A stretch of 64,000 bases of DNA from Candidatus Latescibacterota bacterium (lineage in GTDB: Bacteria > Latescibacterota > UBA2968 > UBA8231): positions 3,936,001 to 4,000,000 of the forward strand of contig OZ220089.1 in assembly GCA_964291625.2 (NCBI GenBank). Direction: 5' to 3'. Made by a program: the position numbers and the translations under genes. The notes below the pieces were generated by a model. The model did no database searches. It saw only the letters and a list, made by a program, of their open reading frames with translations, and was not told where the DNA came from. Positions 19,813 through 30,147 of this stretch are shown in pieces. Position 1 is the stretch's first letter, and every line of letters starts with the position of its first letter.

Positions 19813-21105
19813 TCAGGGGGCGAAGGCCCGGCTCCCTTTGCGGTCCCCGGCATCGATGCGGTCGAGCTTCTCGCTCAGGGCGATCATCACCTCCTGCGTC
19901 TCCGTCACGCGCGACTCCAGGGCGGCGAGGCGGTCTCCGAAGCCCGGGGAGCCCGACGCGGAGAGCCGGCGGGCGAGGTAGACGGCCACGCCTCCGACGG
20001 CCAGACCCAGGAGGCCGACGCCGAGCACCATCAGCCAGTCGTTCTCCTCAGCCACAGGATCGGTCCGGCGCGGGACCTCCCCGTAGCGCAGGACGAACGG
20101 GCCGGCCTCGGTCCCCGGGTAAGCCCGGGCGCGAGCGGTCTGGTTCAGCACTCGGTCCAACCCGGATGAGTGGGGGCGCCCCGCGGCTCTCTCGATCGTC
20201 GAGATCCACTGCTCCGGGTGGTCGCTGAGCCAGCGATCCAGGTAGGCCTTCAAGGCCCCCGCGTCGAACCCCGCCGACCAGTCCTCCGGCGCCAGCACGA
20301 GCCGCCCGACCCGCCCGTCCCCCATCATCTTCAGCGTCACCGGGGGTCCCCAGGGGACCCAGGAAGCCATCGAGACCCCGTGCAGGGGCGAGGGCCTCGG
20401 GCCGCGGAAATCCGCCGGTAGCCCATCGCCGTCGACGACGACCACGTCGAACCCGATCGCCATGCCGCCTTCCAGGCGGACCGGCCTGGAAGGAAGGGGG
20501 TGCATCACCGAGGGACCGCTCCGCGGATAGATCGGCTCCGAGGACCGCACCTGCAGGCTCCACTCGTAGGTGGTGAGGTCGCCCCGGCGCTGCCAGGCCC
20601 CGAGCGATCTCCGGTCGCTCCGGAGGTTGCGGTGGACGCCTCTCCTGTCGAAGGACGGGTAGGTCTCGTATCCCGGCACCAGGGCGTACTGGATCGTAGG
20701 GCGTTCCTCCTCCTGCAGCGCCGAGACGTAGATCTCGCAGGCGTCCGTCCGGTGCATGGCGCCTGTCGGATAGAGCACGTCGTCGCGCACCTCCACGGCC
20801 ACGTGCAGCAGCTGCTCCCCGGGATCGTACCCGACCCGGAAGGAGGGGCTGAGGTCCTCGCTGGTGTCGAGGTCCGTCAGCTCGGTGTCGGTGTCGCCGT
20901 AGGCTCCGAACTCGTTCCGGATCGGCAGGGCCGGCAGGTCGCGGGGCCAATCGGAGAGATCACCGTCCACGGTGATGCCCGTGACGGGCAGGGCCAGGGC
21001 CAGGTGGTCGGGCAACTCGGTCCCCGCGGAGAGGGGCGGACCGGCGGCGGTCAGCCACGCCAGGGCGAGGGCGAGGGAGAAGGGGAGGGGACGGGGTCTG
21101 GGCAT
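19813..21105 (-). CDS. Secreted protein with CBM9-like/DOMON sugar-binding domain and C-terminal membrane anchor
   Basis: Signal peptide MPRPRPLPFSLALALAW; ITVDGDLSDW, VAVEVRDD, IGFDVVVVDGD; C-terminal TM helix. Confidence 0.65.
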   Translation of the reverse strand: MPRPRPLPFSLALALAWLTAAGPPLSAGTELPDHLALALPVTGITVDGDLSDWPRDLPALPIRNEFGAYGDTDTELTDLDTSEDLSPSFRVGYDPGEQLLHVAVEVRDDVLYPTGAMHRTDACEIYVSALQEEERPTIQYALVPGYETYPSFDRRGVHRNLRSDRRSLGAWQRRGDLTTYEWSLQVRSSEPIYPRSGPSVMHPLPSRPVRLEGGMAIGFDVVVVDGDGLPADFRGPRPSPLHGVSMASWVPWGPPVTLKMMGDGRVGRLVLAPEDWSAGFDAGALKAYLDRWLSDHPEQWISTIERAAGRPHSSGLDRVLNQTARARAYPGTEAGPFVLRYGEVPRRTDPVAEENDWLMVLGVGLLGLAVGGVAVYLARRLSASGSPGFGDRLAALESRVTETQEVMIALSEKLDRIDAGDRKGSRAFAP

Positions 21106-21375
21106 GGTTGCTCTCCGGGCGGTCACTTGGGCGGTCCGCAGCGGACCCGATCCAACTGGGCTGCCAATACCTATCCTGCAATCCTGCAGGTCAGTCAAGT
21201 GCTGATCGCCGGTCCATTGCCCTGGGCGAAGCGGCCCGAGGGACCGCGCAGGGCCGGCCGCCACCGCCTGCGCCGGGACGGCCGCGAGCGGGGCCGGCCG
21301 CTGCCAGCGGCGTATACTTGCAACCGGCTCGCGTCGGCCGACTCCGTGCAGACGCGGATTCAAAGGACCCAGGTG

Positions 21376-24300
21376 ATGAAGAAGCTCATACTCGCTCTCG
21401 TGCTGTTGCCGGCGGGCCTCTGCCACGCCTCCCCGTCTCCCTCCGACAGCCTGCACTCCTGCCTCTTCCTCGAGCCCGAAGAGTATCCGCCGGTCAGTCG
21501 AGCCGCCGGCAAGCGGCTGGCGGACCTCGACGCCGGCGAGCCTCGCACCATTCGGATGTTCTACTTCCTGCCCAACGACCGCCCCTTCCGCGGGGAGGTG
21601 GTGCAGCGGATCAAGGACGAGATGCTCCGCATCCAGGCCTGGTTCGGCGATCAGATGGAAGGGCACGGGTACGGGAACAAGACCTTCCGCCTCGAGACCG
21701 ATGACCAGGGGGATCCGGTCGTTCATCGCGTGGATGGGCGGCATCCGGACAGTCACTATCTCGACGGCACCTGGGCTTGCGTCAAGGAGATAGGGGAGGC
21801 CTTCGACCTGTCCAGGAATATCGTCGTGGTGGTGATCGACAACAGCACCAGCCGGATCAACCTGAGCTTGCTCGGATCGGCGAACTGGAGCTCGAAACAG
21901 AGCGGCATCGCCATGGTAGGAGGGGAATTCCCCTGGTCGACCCTGACCCATGAACTGACCCACACCTTCGGTATGGGACACGACTTTCGCCATGGCTCGT
22001 ACATCCTGTCCTATGGAGCCTCGAGGAGCGCTCTGTCAGCGTGCAGCGCCGGAGTCCTGGCTGCCCACCCATACTTCAATCCCGACGTTGGCGTCGAGTG
22101 GGCAGAGGGGCCGGCCATCGAGATCCTCTCGGGCACTACCTATCCGGAGGGGGCGGAGAGCGTCCCCATTCGGCTCCGGGTCAGCGATGCCCATGGGCTT
22201 CAGCAAGTGCGCGTGCGAGTCCCCTCGAGGCCGACGCACGATCCCAGGATCAGTGGGGTGGAACTGAAGACATGCCGCGCCATGGTGGGAGAAACAGAGG
22301 CCGTCGTCGAAATCGACTACGACGGCGTGGTCCCTTCGGGAGCCGCCTGGGGCTTCTCGGACCTTTCCGACCCCAAGGTGCATCCGATCTTCATCACCGT
22401 GGTGGACAAGGACGGAAACAGGGCCGGCACTCGCTTCGACCTGTGGGAACTGTCCCGGCAGCATCTGGCCACCCTCGAGCTCGGGGAAGAGGCCCATGCC
22501 GTGGCCTTCGCGGGCGGTGGCACGCTGGTCTCCGGGTCGGCAGAGGGGGTGGAGCTGTGGGACCTGGAGACGCAGAGAGGTACGACGACTTCGCTGTCCG
22601 CCGGCGTCACCGCGGTGGCCGTATCTCCGGACGGCGCCACGCTGGCCTCGGGATCCGCCAACGGCCAGGTGCAGCTCCTTGATCTGAAGGGTGACCGGGT
22701 GGTGGCCACGCTCCCAGGGCACACGCAGGCGGTCCGCTCCCTGGCCTTCTCGCATGACGGCACCGTCCTCGCGTCCGGGGGGGAGGACGGGGTCCGGCTG
22801 TGGGACACGGAGGCGCGTGCCAGCACCGCGACCCTGCCTGGTGCCGTCACGTCCGTGGCCTTCTCGCCCGACGGCGCGACTCTTGCCTCCGGCTCAGGAG
22901 ACGGTCTCCGCCTCCTGGACGTGGAGACGGAGGCGGAGATGGCGACGTACCGGCACGGAAGCGGCGGTTGGGGGCCCGGCGTCAACAGCGTGGCGTTCTC
23001 ACCGGACGGCACCCTGGTTGCCTCCGGGGGGGACGATACCACCGTGCGGCTGTGGGAGGTGGCGACGGGCGACAACCTCGCCGTCCTGGATGGGCATGAC
23101 CGGCCGGTGCGGTCAGTGGCCTTCTCTGTGAACGGCACGATCCTCGCCTCCGGTGACGCGGGTCTGACCGTGCGCCTGTGGGACCCGGTGAGTGGCCAGC
23201 GGCTCGCCGATCTGCGGGGTGAGGGCAAGGAGATCAACGCCGTCGACTTCTCGCCCGACGGCACGACGCTCGCCGCGGGAACCGAGGACGGCAGGATCGG
23301 CCTGTGGGACGTATCGGAGTGGGCCCAGCCCCGGCCTCGAAGACTGGTGCTGGTCTCGGGGGACGGTCAGCAGGGGGCCATCGGTGAGCCGCTGGCCGAT
23401 CCGCTGGTGGTGGAGGTGAGGGATCAGTACGGCAACCCCCTGCCGGGCGTTGAGGTTGCCTTCTCGGTCGTCCAGGGGGATGGCAGGGTCGGCGGGCAGT
23501 TCACGGTGGAGCGGACGACGAGCGACGCCAGTGGCCGGGCCGAGGCCCTCCTGACCCTGGGACCGATACAGGGGACGAACGCCGTGGAGGTGACGGTGGA
23601 GGGGATCGAGGCCCTGTCCTTCAGTTCGGCGGGGGTCGGGGAGCCGGGAGGTCCGCGTCCCGGTGGGGACTTCCGCACTTGGCATCTGCCCGATGCCTCG
23701 ACCGTCCGTCTGGGCAAGGGCCTGACCGAGGCGACCGCCTTTCTCCGGAATGGGGAGGTGCTCGCCGTGGGGACGAATGTGGGCATCTGGCTCTACGATG
23801 TGGCGACGTCCCGGGAGATCGCTCTTCTCCCCACACGCCGAATATGGGACATGGCCGTTTCGCGCGATGGGCGAATCCTCGCGTCCTGTGGGGCCTACAA
23901 GGACAAGATCAGGCTCTGGGAAGTGGCCACGGGAGAGGAGATCACCACCGTTGACCAAGCGGCCAGGGCCGTGGCCCTTTCGCCTGACGGCCGGACCGTG
24001 GCTTCCTCATCGGGTTCCGGGCTCGAGCTGTGGGACGTGGAGACGGGAAGCCAGGTGGCGGCCATGTCGGGGAGAGGCACAGAAGGCATTGAGGCCCTGG
24101 CTTTCTCCCCCGACGGCAGGCTGCTGGCGGCCGGGGAATCCTGGTCCGGTACCTCGGTCCACTTGTGGGATGTGGAGACAGCTGCAAGGACCGCGACCTT
24201 GGAGGGCCACAGGGACAGGGTCAATTCGCTTGCCTTTTCGCCCGACGGAAGGACCCTGGCCTCCGCGTCCCACGATCACACGGTCAAGCTCTGGGACGTG

Positions 24301-26856
24301 GACAGCGCATCCATCGTCACCACCTTCGAGGGACATGAGAGTTGGATCTTCTCCGTGGACTTCTCTCCCGATGGGACCCGCCTTGCGTCTGCATCGAAGT
24401 ACATCAAGCTGTGGGACATCGACACGGGCCAGGCTACCACGTTCTCCCTCGGGGACGATTTCTCAGTCTTGAGAGGCTCTGTTGTCTTTTCCCCCGATGG
24501 GCGGAGGTTAGCTGCCGGATCAGCCGACGGAGCCACGCTCCTGGAGGTGGCCACGGGAAATGCGGTCAGCCTCGCGACGGGCCATACCAGCGGGTCACGC
24601 TCCGTGGCGTTGTCGCCCGATGGAACGATGCTCGCTGCGGCAGCGAGGCATGCCGAGATCCAGCTGTGGGACGTGGACACAGGGAGCGTGACCGCCATCC
24701 TCCGGGGGCATACGATCCGGGTGAATTCCGTGCACTTCTCTCCCGATGGGGCCACGCTGGCCTCCAGCGGCTCCGATCTGACGATCAAGCTGTGGGACGT
24801 GGCCACGGGCGCCGAAGTCGCCACTCTCGAGGCGACGGGTTCCGAGTGGGTCAGCGTTGCGGCTTTCTCCCAGGATGGCACGATGATCGCGTCGGGCCAT
24901 GGCAATGGCACGGCCCGGGTCTGGGACCTGGCGACCGGGGAGCCTGTCGCCACCCTCGAGGGGGCCCATGCCGGGGCGATCTCAATGGTGGCTCTTTCTC
25001 CCGACGGGTCGAGGTTGGCCACCGTAGGCCTCGATGGCAGGTTCAGGTTGTGGGATCTGGCATCGCACACCAGCCTCATCGAGGAGAGGTTCGGGAATGA
25101 GGTCTACGTCCACTTCGACACCGCTGGCAAAGCGCTGGTCTACGGAGCGGACTTCAGCAGTAGGCAGAGGTCCTCGATATGGGAAATTCCGGCCGGAGGG
25201 GACGTGGCCACCCTGGTCGTGGAGTACCCGGAACCAGCCGCTCCCGCGGTCTTTTCCCCCGATGGGTCGATCTTCATTGTCGGAACCCATACCCAAGATG
25301 GAAGCCTGGTGAATGTCGATGCCCTGGAGGTGCGGGACGTTGCGACGGCCGGCCTGATCGCCGCCGTCGAAGCGCACGGAGACAACGTCCGGACTCTGGC
25401 CGTCTCGAGCGATGGATCGACCTTCGCTTCCGGGTCCTGGGACGGCACGATCCTGGTCTGGGATCTTGGTCGTCTGCTGCCCCACCCGCGGAGCCTGACG
25501 GGACTGTCCGGGGCCGACCAGGACGGCCTGCCGAACGCCGCCCTGGGCCAGCCCTTCGTCATCGAGGTGCGGGACCAGCACGGAGGTCCCCTCGAAGGCG
25601 CCACCGTCACCTTCGCGGTCACCGGCGGCGGGGGGACCCTCTCGGTGGAGACCGCCACGACCGACGAACGCGGCCAGGCGGCCACCACCCTGACCCTGGG
25701 CCTGGCACCCGGACCGAACACCATCGAGGTCACCGCGGGCGACCTGGAGCCGGTGATCTTCACCGCCCTCACCCGGGCGGTCCCCACGACGCTGAGCATC
25801 GTCGGCGGCGATGCCCAGCAGGGGCCGAGCGGCTCCCCCCTGGCCGAGCCTCTCGTCGTCTCTCTGCTCGACCAGGTCGGCTCGCCGATGGCCGGGGCGG
25901 CAATCACCTTCGCGGTCATCGCCGGTGAGGGCACCCTCTCGGTGACCCGGGCCACCACCGACGCCCAGGGCCGGGCGGCCGCCACCCTGACCCTGGGGCG
26001 CATGCCGGGGGCCCACAGCGTCGTGGTGAGTGCGGCCGGGCTGGCGCCGGTGACCTTCACCGCTCTCGGACTGGCTGTTCCCGAGACTCTGGCGAAACTC
26101 TCAGGCGACGAGCAGGCGGCCGAGCCGGGGGCGGAACTGGCCGAGCCCCTGGTGGTCTCGGTGCGGGACCAGAACGGGGCGGCCTATCCCGGGGCCGTGG
26201 TCACCTTCACCCTCACCGGTGACGGCGGGACCCTGTCGGCCGTCACCGACACCACCGACGCCGAGGGCCGGGCCGCCACCACCCTGACCCTGGGAGAGGA
26301 GTACGGGACCTACACCGTCGTCGCCACGGTGGCGGATCTCGAGCCGCTCACCTTCACCGTCAACGCCAGGGCCACCCCCGACTTCGACGGCGACGGCGAG
26401 GTCGGCTTCGGCGACTTCTTCGTCTTCGCCGAGGCCTTCGGCGGCAGCGACCCCCGCTTCGACCTGGACGGCAGCGGCACCGTCGACTTCAACGACTTCT
26501 TCCTCTTCGCCGAGCACTTCGGTCAGCGGGCGCGGGCCAAACTGGTGGCGATGGCCCGGGAGCTGATCGGCCTGCCCGACGGCCCGCAACTGCGGCAGAA
26601 CGCGCCCAACCCGTTCAACAGCGGGACCGTCATCTCCTGGTTCCAGCTGCAGCCGGGGGCGGTGCGGCTGGAGGTGTTCGCGGTGACGGGCCAGCGGGTG
26701 GCGGTGCTGCACGAGGGTCCGCGGAAGGCGGGCCTGCACCGCCTGCGCTGGGACGGGCGCGACGACCGGGGGCGAGCGCTGGGCAGCGGGGTCTACGTGT
26801 ACCGGCTGGTGACGGCCGAGGCCGTGCAGACGCGCAAGCTCACCCTGCTGCGCTGA
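21376..26856 (+). CDS. Large secreted protein: zinc metalloprotease-like domain, WD40 propellers, Ig-like (Big_1) repeats, EF-hand/dockerin and FlgD-Ig C-terminus
   Basis: Signal MKKLILALVLL; HELTHTFGMGH; many FSPDG...LWD repeats; TTDxxGRA Ig repeats; DFDGDGEVGFGDF; NAPNPFN...WDGRD...GVYVYRL. Confidence 0.85.
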   Translation: MKKLILALVLLPAGLCHASPSPSDSLHSCLFLEPEEYPPVSRAAGKRLADLDAGEPRTIRMFYFLPNDRPFRGEVVQRIKDEMLRIQAWFGDQMEGHGYGNKTFRLETDDQGDPVVHRVDGRHPDSHYLDGTWACVKEIGEAFDLSRNIVVVVIDNSTSRINLSLLGSANWSSKQSGIAMVGGEFPWSTLTHELTHTFGMGHDFRHGSYILSYGASRSALSACSAGVLAAHPYFNPDVGVEWAEGPAIEILSGTTYPEGAESVPIRLRVSDAHGLQQVRVRVPSRPTHDPRISGVELKTCRAMVGETEAVVEIDYDGVVPSGAAWGFSDLSDPKVHPIFITVVDKDGNRAGTRFDLWELSRQHLATLELGEEAHAVAFAGGGTLVSGSAEGVELWDLETQRGTTTSLSAGVTAVAVSPDGATLASGSANGQVQLLDLKGDRVVATLPGHTQAVRSLAFSHDGTVLASGGEDGVRLWDTEARASTATLPGAVTSVAFSPDGATLASGSGDGLRLLDVETEAEMATYRHGSGGWGPGVNSVAFSPDGTLVASGGDDTTVRLWEVATGDNLAVLDGHDRPVRSVAFSVNGTILASGDAGLTVRLWDPVSGQRLADLRGEGKEINAVDFSPDGTTLAAGTEDGRIGLWDVSEWAQPRPRRLVLVSGDGQQGAIGEPLADPLVVEVRDQYGNPLPGVEVAFSVVQGDGRVGGQFTVERTTSDASGRAEALLTLGPIQGTNAVEVTVEGIEALSFSSAGVGEPGGPRPGGDFRTWHLPDASTVRLGKGLTEATAFLRNGEVLAVGTNVGIWLYDVATSREIALLPTRRIWDMAVSRDGRILASCGAYKDKIRLWEVATGEEITTVDQAARAVALSPDGRTVASSSGSGLELWDVETGSQVAAMSGRGTEGIEALAFSPDGRLLAAGESWSGTSVHLWDVETAARTATLEGHRDRVNSLAFSPDGRTLASASHDHTVKLWDVDSASIVTTFEGHESWIFSVDFSPDGTRLASASKYIKLWDIDTGQATTFSLGDDFSVLRGSVVFSPDGRRLAAGSADGATLLEVATGNAVSLATGHTSGSRSVALSPDGTMLAAAARHAEIQLWDVDTGSVTAILRGHTIRVNSVHFSPDGATLASSGSDLTIKLWDVATGAEVATLEATGSEWVSVAAFSQDGTMIASGHGNGTARVWDLATGEPVATLEGAHAGAISMVALSPDGSRLATVGLDGRFRLWDLASHTSLIEERFGNEVYVHFDTAGKALVYGADFSSRQRSSIWEIPAGGDVATLVVEYPEPAAPAVFSPDGSIFIVGTHTQDGSLVNVDALEVRDVATAGLIAAVEAHGDNVRTLAVSSDGSTFASGSWDGTILVWDLGRLLPHPRSLTGLSGADQDGLPNAALGQPFVIEVRDQHGGPLEGATVTFAVTGGGGTLSVETATTDERGQAATTLTLGLAPGPNTIEVTAGDLEPVIFTALTRAVPTTLSIVGGDAQQGPSGSPLAEPLVVSLLDQVGSPMAGAAITFAVIAGEGTLSVTRATTDAQGRAAATLTLGRMPGAHSVVVSAAGLAPVTFTALGLAVPETLAKLSGDEQAAEPGAELAEPLVVSVRDQNGAAYPGAVVTFTLTGDGGTLSAVTDTTDAEGRAATTLTLGEEYGTYTVVATVADLEPLTFTVNARATPDFDGDGEVGFGDFFVFAEAFGGSDPRFDLDGSGTVDFNDFFLFAEHFGQRARAKLVAMARELIGLPDGPQLRQNAPNPFNSGTVISWFQLQPGAVRLEVFAVTGQRVAVLHEGPRKAGLHRLRWDGRDDRGRALGSGVYVYRLVTAEAVQTRKLTLLR

Positions 26857-26988
26857 GCGAGCGCCGGGGACGCACCGCAAGAGCCACCCCCCCGTCGGCG
26901 GGAATCCCCCGGCCGCCACGCGGATTCCCCATATTCAGGTAGAACCCGCAGGGGCCTCCGCCCGCCGGAGGCCCGGGGAGCCTGACCC

Positions 26989-28437
26989 GTGAGCGAGAAT
27001 CACCACGACTACGACCTCGTCTGCATCGGCAGCGGGCCCGCCGGCCAGCGCGCCGCCATCCAGGCGGCCAAGCTGGGCAAGCGAGTGGCCGTCGTCGAGA
27101 AGCAGCAGATCGTCGGGGGGGTCTGCATCGAGAGCGGCACGATCCCCTCCAAGACGTTCCGCGAGGCGGTACAGCGCGGCTACTCCCGCCCCGGGCTGGA
27201 GGCGCACGAGCAGTTCCGGCCCCGGGAGCGGCCGACCATGCAGCAGCTCGTGGGGCACGTGGAGCGCGTCATCGAGCGCGAGCTGTCCGTGGTCCAGGAG
27301 AACCTGTCGCGCAACGACGTCGAGGTCATCCGCGGGCGCGCCTCCTTCGTCGACGCCCACACCGTACTCGTGGAGGGCCTGCAGGGCCGGCGCCGGCTGT
27401 CGGTGGACAAGGTGCTGGTCGCCGTGGGCACCCGCGCCAGCGATCCGCCCAGCCTGCCCCCGGACGGCAAGACGATCCTGACCTCGGACCACGTCCTCGA
27501 CATCGACAACCTGCCGCGCAACCTCGCCGTGGTCGGCGCCGGCGTGGTCGGCATCGAGTACGCCTCGATGTTCGCCGCCCTGGGGGTGCAGGTGACGATC
27601 ATCGACCGCCGCCCCCGCCCCCTGGAGTTCATCGACCACGAGATCGTCGACGAGCTGATCCACCAGCTGCGCAAGGCGGACGTCACCTTCCGCTGCGGCG
27701 AGGCGGTGGAGCACCTGGAGGTGGTGGAGGTGCCCCAGCCCAAGGGCCTGATCCAGCTCGAGTCGGGCAAGAACATCGTCGCCGACGCGGTCCTGTTCTC
27801 GGCCGGCCGCATCGGCGCCACCGACGAGCTCGGCCTCGAGGCCGTGGGGCTGCAGGCCGACGAGCGCGGGCGCCTGGTCGTCGACGACCACTACCGCACG
27901 GCGGCCGAGAACATCTACGCCGCCGGCGACGTCATCGGCTTTCCCGCCCTGGCCTCCACCTCCAGCGAGCAGGGGCGCCTGGCCGCCTGCCACATGTTCG
28001 GCGTCGAGGCCCAGCCCATGGGCCGCCACTACCCGATCGGCCTCTACGCCATCCCGGAGATCTCCATGGTGGGGGATACCGAGGAGGAGCTCACCCGCAA
28101 CCGCGTGCCCTACGAGACCGGCATCGCCCACTACAAGGAGATCGCCCGCGGCCAGATCCTCGGCGACGACTCGGGGATGGTGAAGCTGATCTTCCACCGG
28201 GAGGACGGGCGCCTGCTGGGGGCCCACTGCATCGGCTCGGGCGCCACCGAGCTGGTCCACGTGGGGCAGGCCGTCCTGGGGCTGGGCGGCGGCCTCGACT
28301 ACTTCATCCGCACCGTCTTCAACTACCCCACCCTGGCCGAGGCCTACAAGGTGGCCGCCTTCAACGCCGCCAACAAGCTCGCCCTCGTGCGCAGCGCCAT
28401 CATGACCCAGGAGACGGCCACGGCCGTCGACGCCTGA
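26989..28437 (+). CDS. sthA: Soluble pyridine nucleotide transhydrogenase
   Basis: IGSGPAG, GGVCIESGTIPSKT, GAGVVGIEYA, VFNYPTLAEAYKVAA. Confidence 0.9.
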   Translation: MSENHHDYDLVCIGSGPAGQRAAIQAAKLGKRVAVVEKQQIVGGVCIESGTIPSKTFREAVQRGYSRPGLEAHEQFRPRERPTMQQLVGHVERVIERELSVVQENLSRNDVEVIRGRASFVDAHTVLVEGLQGRRRLSVDKVLVAVGTRASDPPSLPPDGKTILTSDHVLDIDNLPRNLAVVGAGVVGIEYASMFAALGVQVTIIDRRPRPLEFIDHEIVDELIHQLRKADVTFRCGEAVEHLEVVEVPQPKGLIQLESGKNIVADAVLFSAGRIGATDELGLEAVGLQADERGRLVVDDHYRTAAENIYAAGDVIGFPALASTSSEQGRLAACHMFGVEAQPMGRHYPIGLYAIPEISMVGDTEEELTRNRVPYETGIAHYKEIARGQILGDDSGMVKLIFHREDGRLLGAHCIGSGATELVHVGQAVLGLGGGLDYFIRTVFNYPTLAEAYKVAAFNAANKLALVRSAIMTQETATAVDA

Positions 28438-28477
28438 GGCCGCCGGCCGGCAGCTGCAAGGCCCGAGGAGGCTTCCC

Positions 28478-29512
28478 ATGACCTTGTCCTGGCCCCGCGC
28501 AACGTCCGCGGCCGCCGCCCTGCTTCTGGCCGCCTGCTCGTCTCCCAGCGACTCGCCCTCCGGCGCCGCCTGCGGCGAGGGCCGGGAGCTCCAGGCGGGG
28601 TTCTACGCCTACTTCGAGCCGGTCAGCTACAGCGCCGACGCGGATCCCGGCACGGACGGGTTCGACGAGCATCTCGGGTACGAAGCGGACCTGCTGACCG
28701 CCCTCGCCTCCATGGACGGCGCCGGCCTCTCCTTCGCCCGCCGCGGCATCGCCGACTGGTCCGACATCTGGCTGCGGGCGGCCGGGCCGGAGTTCGACCT
28801 CGTGGGCGGCGGCATCACCATCCTCGACTCCCGCACCCGCGATGCCTCCGGCGAGCGGGTGGTGACCTTCACCTCCGGGCACATCCTCTTCCGCCAGTCG
28901 CTGCTGGTCCGGGCCGCCGACGCCGGGCGCCTGGCCAGCCACGCCGACCTGACCAGCGCCGACCGGGTGGGGGTGCTGCGGCTCACCACCGGCGAGTTCC
29001 GCCTGCTGGAGCTGACCGGCCTCGTCGATGCCCGGGGCGTCCTCGCCGCGGGCACCCGCGTCGCGACGGAGGACGGCGAGATCCTGGCCGACGGCACCGA
29101 CGCGCACACCATCACCCCGGCCGGCGCCTCGGACCACCTCGCCGGCCGGCTGCGGCTGGTGCCGCCCGCCGCCGACATGCCGCAGGTGATCTACCTCGAC
29201 GGTCCGGACGGGGGGGAGGCCCGGGAGCAGGACCTGCTCGAGGCGCTGCGGACCGGCGAGATCGACGCCATCGCCCGGGGCGAGATCGGCAACCGCGACG
29301 CCGGTTTCGCCTCCGGCGGCGAGTTCGTCGTCACGGCCCTCGACGAGGCCGTCGAGCGGGGAGGGTTCGCGCTGGCCGTGGAGGACGCGGAGCTGGCGGC
29401 CTGCATCGACGACAAGATCAGCTATCTGACCGACGATCTGCGGATCGGCTACGGAGACTGGCGCGCCGATCCGGCGGTCTTCCTCAAGCGCGCGGCGCAG
29501 TGGAGCCCCTGA
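28478..29512 (+). CDS. Substrate-binding lipoprotein (family 3, amino-acid type)
   Basis: LLLAAC lipobox; FEPVSY, GYEADLL, GGGIT...R. Confidence 0.7.
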   Translation: MTLSWPRATSAAAALLLAACSSPSDSPSGAACGEGRELQAGFYAYFEPVSYSADADPGTDGFDEHLGYEADLLTALASMDGAGLSFARRGIADWSDIWLRAAGPEFDLVGGGITILDSRTRDASGERVVTFTSGHILFRQSLLVRAADAGRLASHADLTSADRVGVLRLTTGEFRLLELTGLVDARGVLAAGTRVATEDGEILADGTDAHTITPAGASDHLAGRLRLVPPAADMPQVIYLDGPDGGEAREQDLLEALRTGEIDAIARGEIGNRDAGFASGGEFVVTALDEAVERGGFALAVEDAELAACIDDKISYLTDDLRIGYGDWRADPAVFLKRAAQWSP

Positions 29513-29533
29513 GTTAAATGAGGTAATGCGCGA

Positions 29534-29615
29534 GCAGATTTGGAATCCAATTCCACACTTGCCGCATGAACCACGCGATCAAGTGTGCAAATTTGGAATC
29601 TGACTCCTGATTTGC
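29534..29615. promoter_or_regulatory. Two 29-bp imperfect palindromes in tandem (putative operators)
   Basis: GCAGATTTGGAATCCAATTCCACACTTGC (29534-29562) and GCAAATTTGGAATCTGACTCCTGATTTGC (29587-29615). Confidence 0.55.
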
Positions 29616-29619
29616 TTGC

Positions 29620-29904
29620 GGATCCCTCTACCGCCTGCTCGTGCACCGGGGCGAGGTGCCGCGCCTCCACTTCTGGCGCACCGCCGGCGGCCACGAGGTG
29701 GACTTCCTCCTCGAAGACGGCGGGCAGCTCATCCCCGTCGAGGCGAAGCTCACGGCCGCGCCCCGGCCGGAGCACGCCCGGGGGATCGAACGCTTCCAGG
29801 CCCTCTTCGGCGACCGCGCGGGGCACGGCCTGCTGGTCTGCCTCTGCCGCGAGCGCTTCCGCCTGACCTCGTCGGTGGACGCGGTGCCGCTCGGCGCCTT
29901 CTGA
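29620..29904 (+). pseudogene. C-terminal remnant of an AAA_14/DUF4143 gene
   Basis: LHFWRTAGGHEVDFLLE...PVEAK with no ATPase domain upstream. Confidence 0.75.
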
Positions 29905-30147
29905 CGGCGCCCCCCGGCCGGTGGAGTCATGCCCCCGGCATCGCCGTCACCGGGTGGCTGCTCACCATGGTGGGGGCCGGGGATCCGGGCTCTCTCAGAC
30001 GGGGCGGCAAGCGGCAGAGGGCCTGGCGGACGGCCGGCCCTTCGGCAGATCCTGGGGCACCCCCCGGTCGTCGAATCGGAAGCCCACCTTCCCAGGTAAC
30101 ACTTCGCACCGACTCAGGTGTTCAATGTGCACACGGCCAGGGGGCAG

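Noticed and set aside
20500-21375. N-terminal extension of the 2118 aa ORF (and of the 726 aa minus ORF up to 21993)
   Set aside because: Antisense shadows of the divergent neighbour genes; signal peptides begin at 21376 (+) and 21105 (-)
29534-29615. Mini CRISPR array
   Set aside because: Only two imperfect copies with a 24-bp gap and no cas genes
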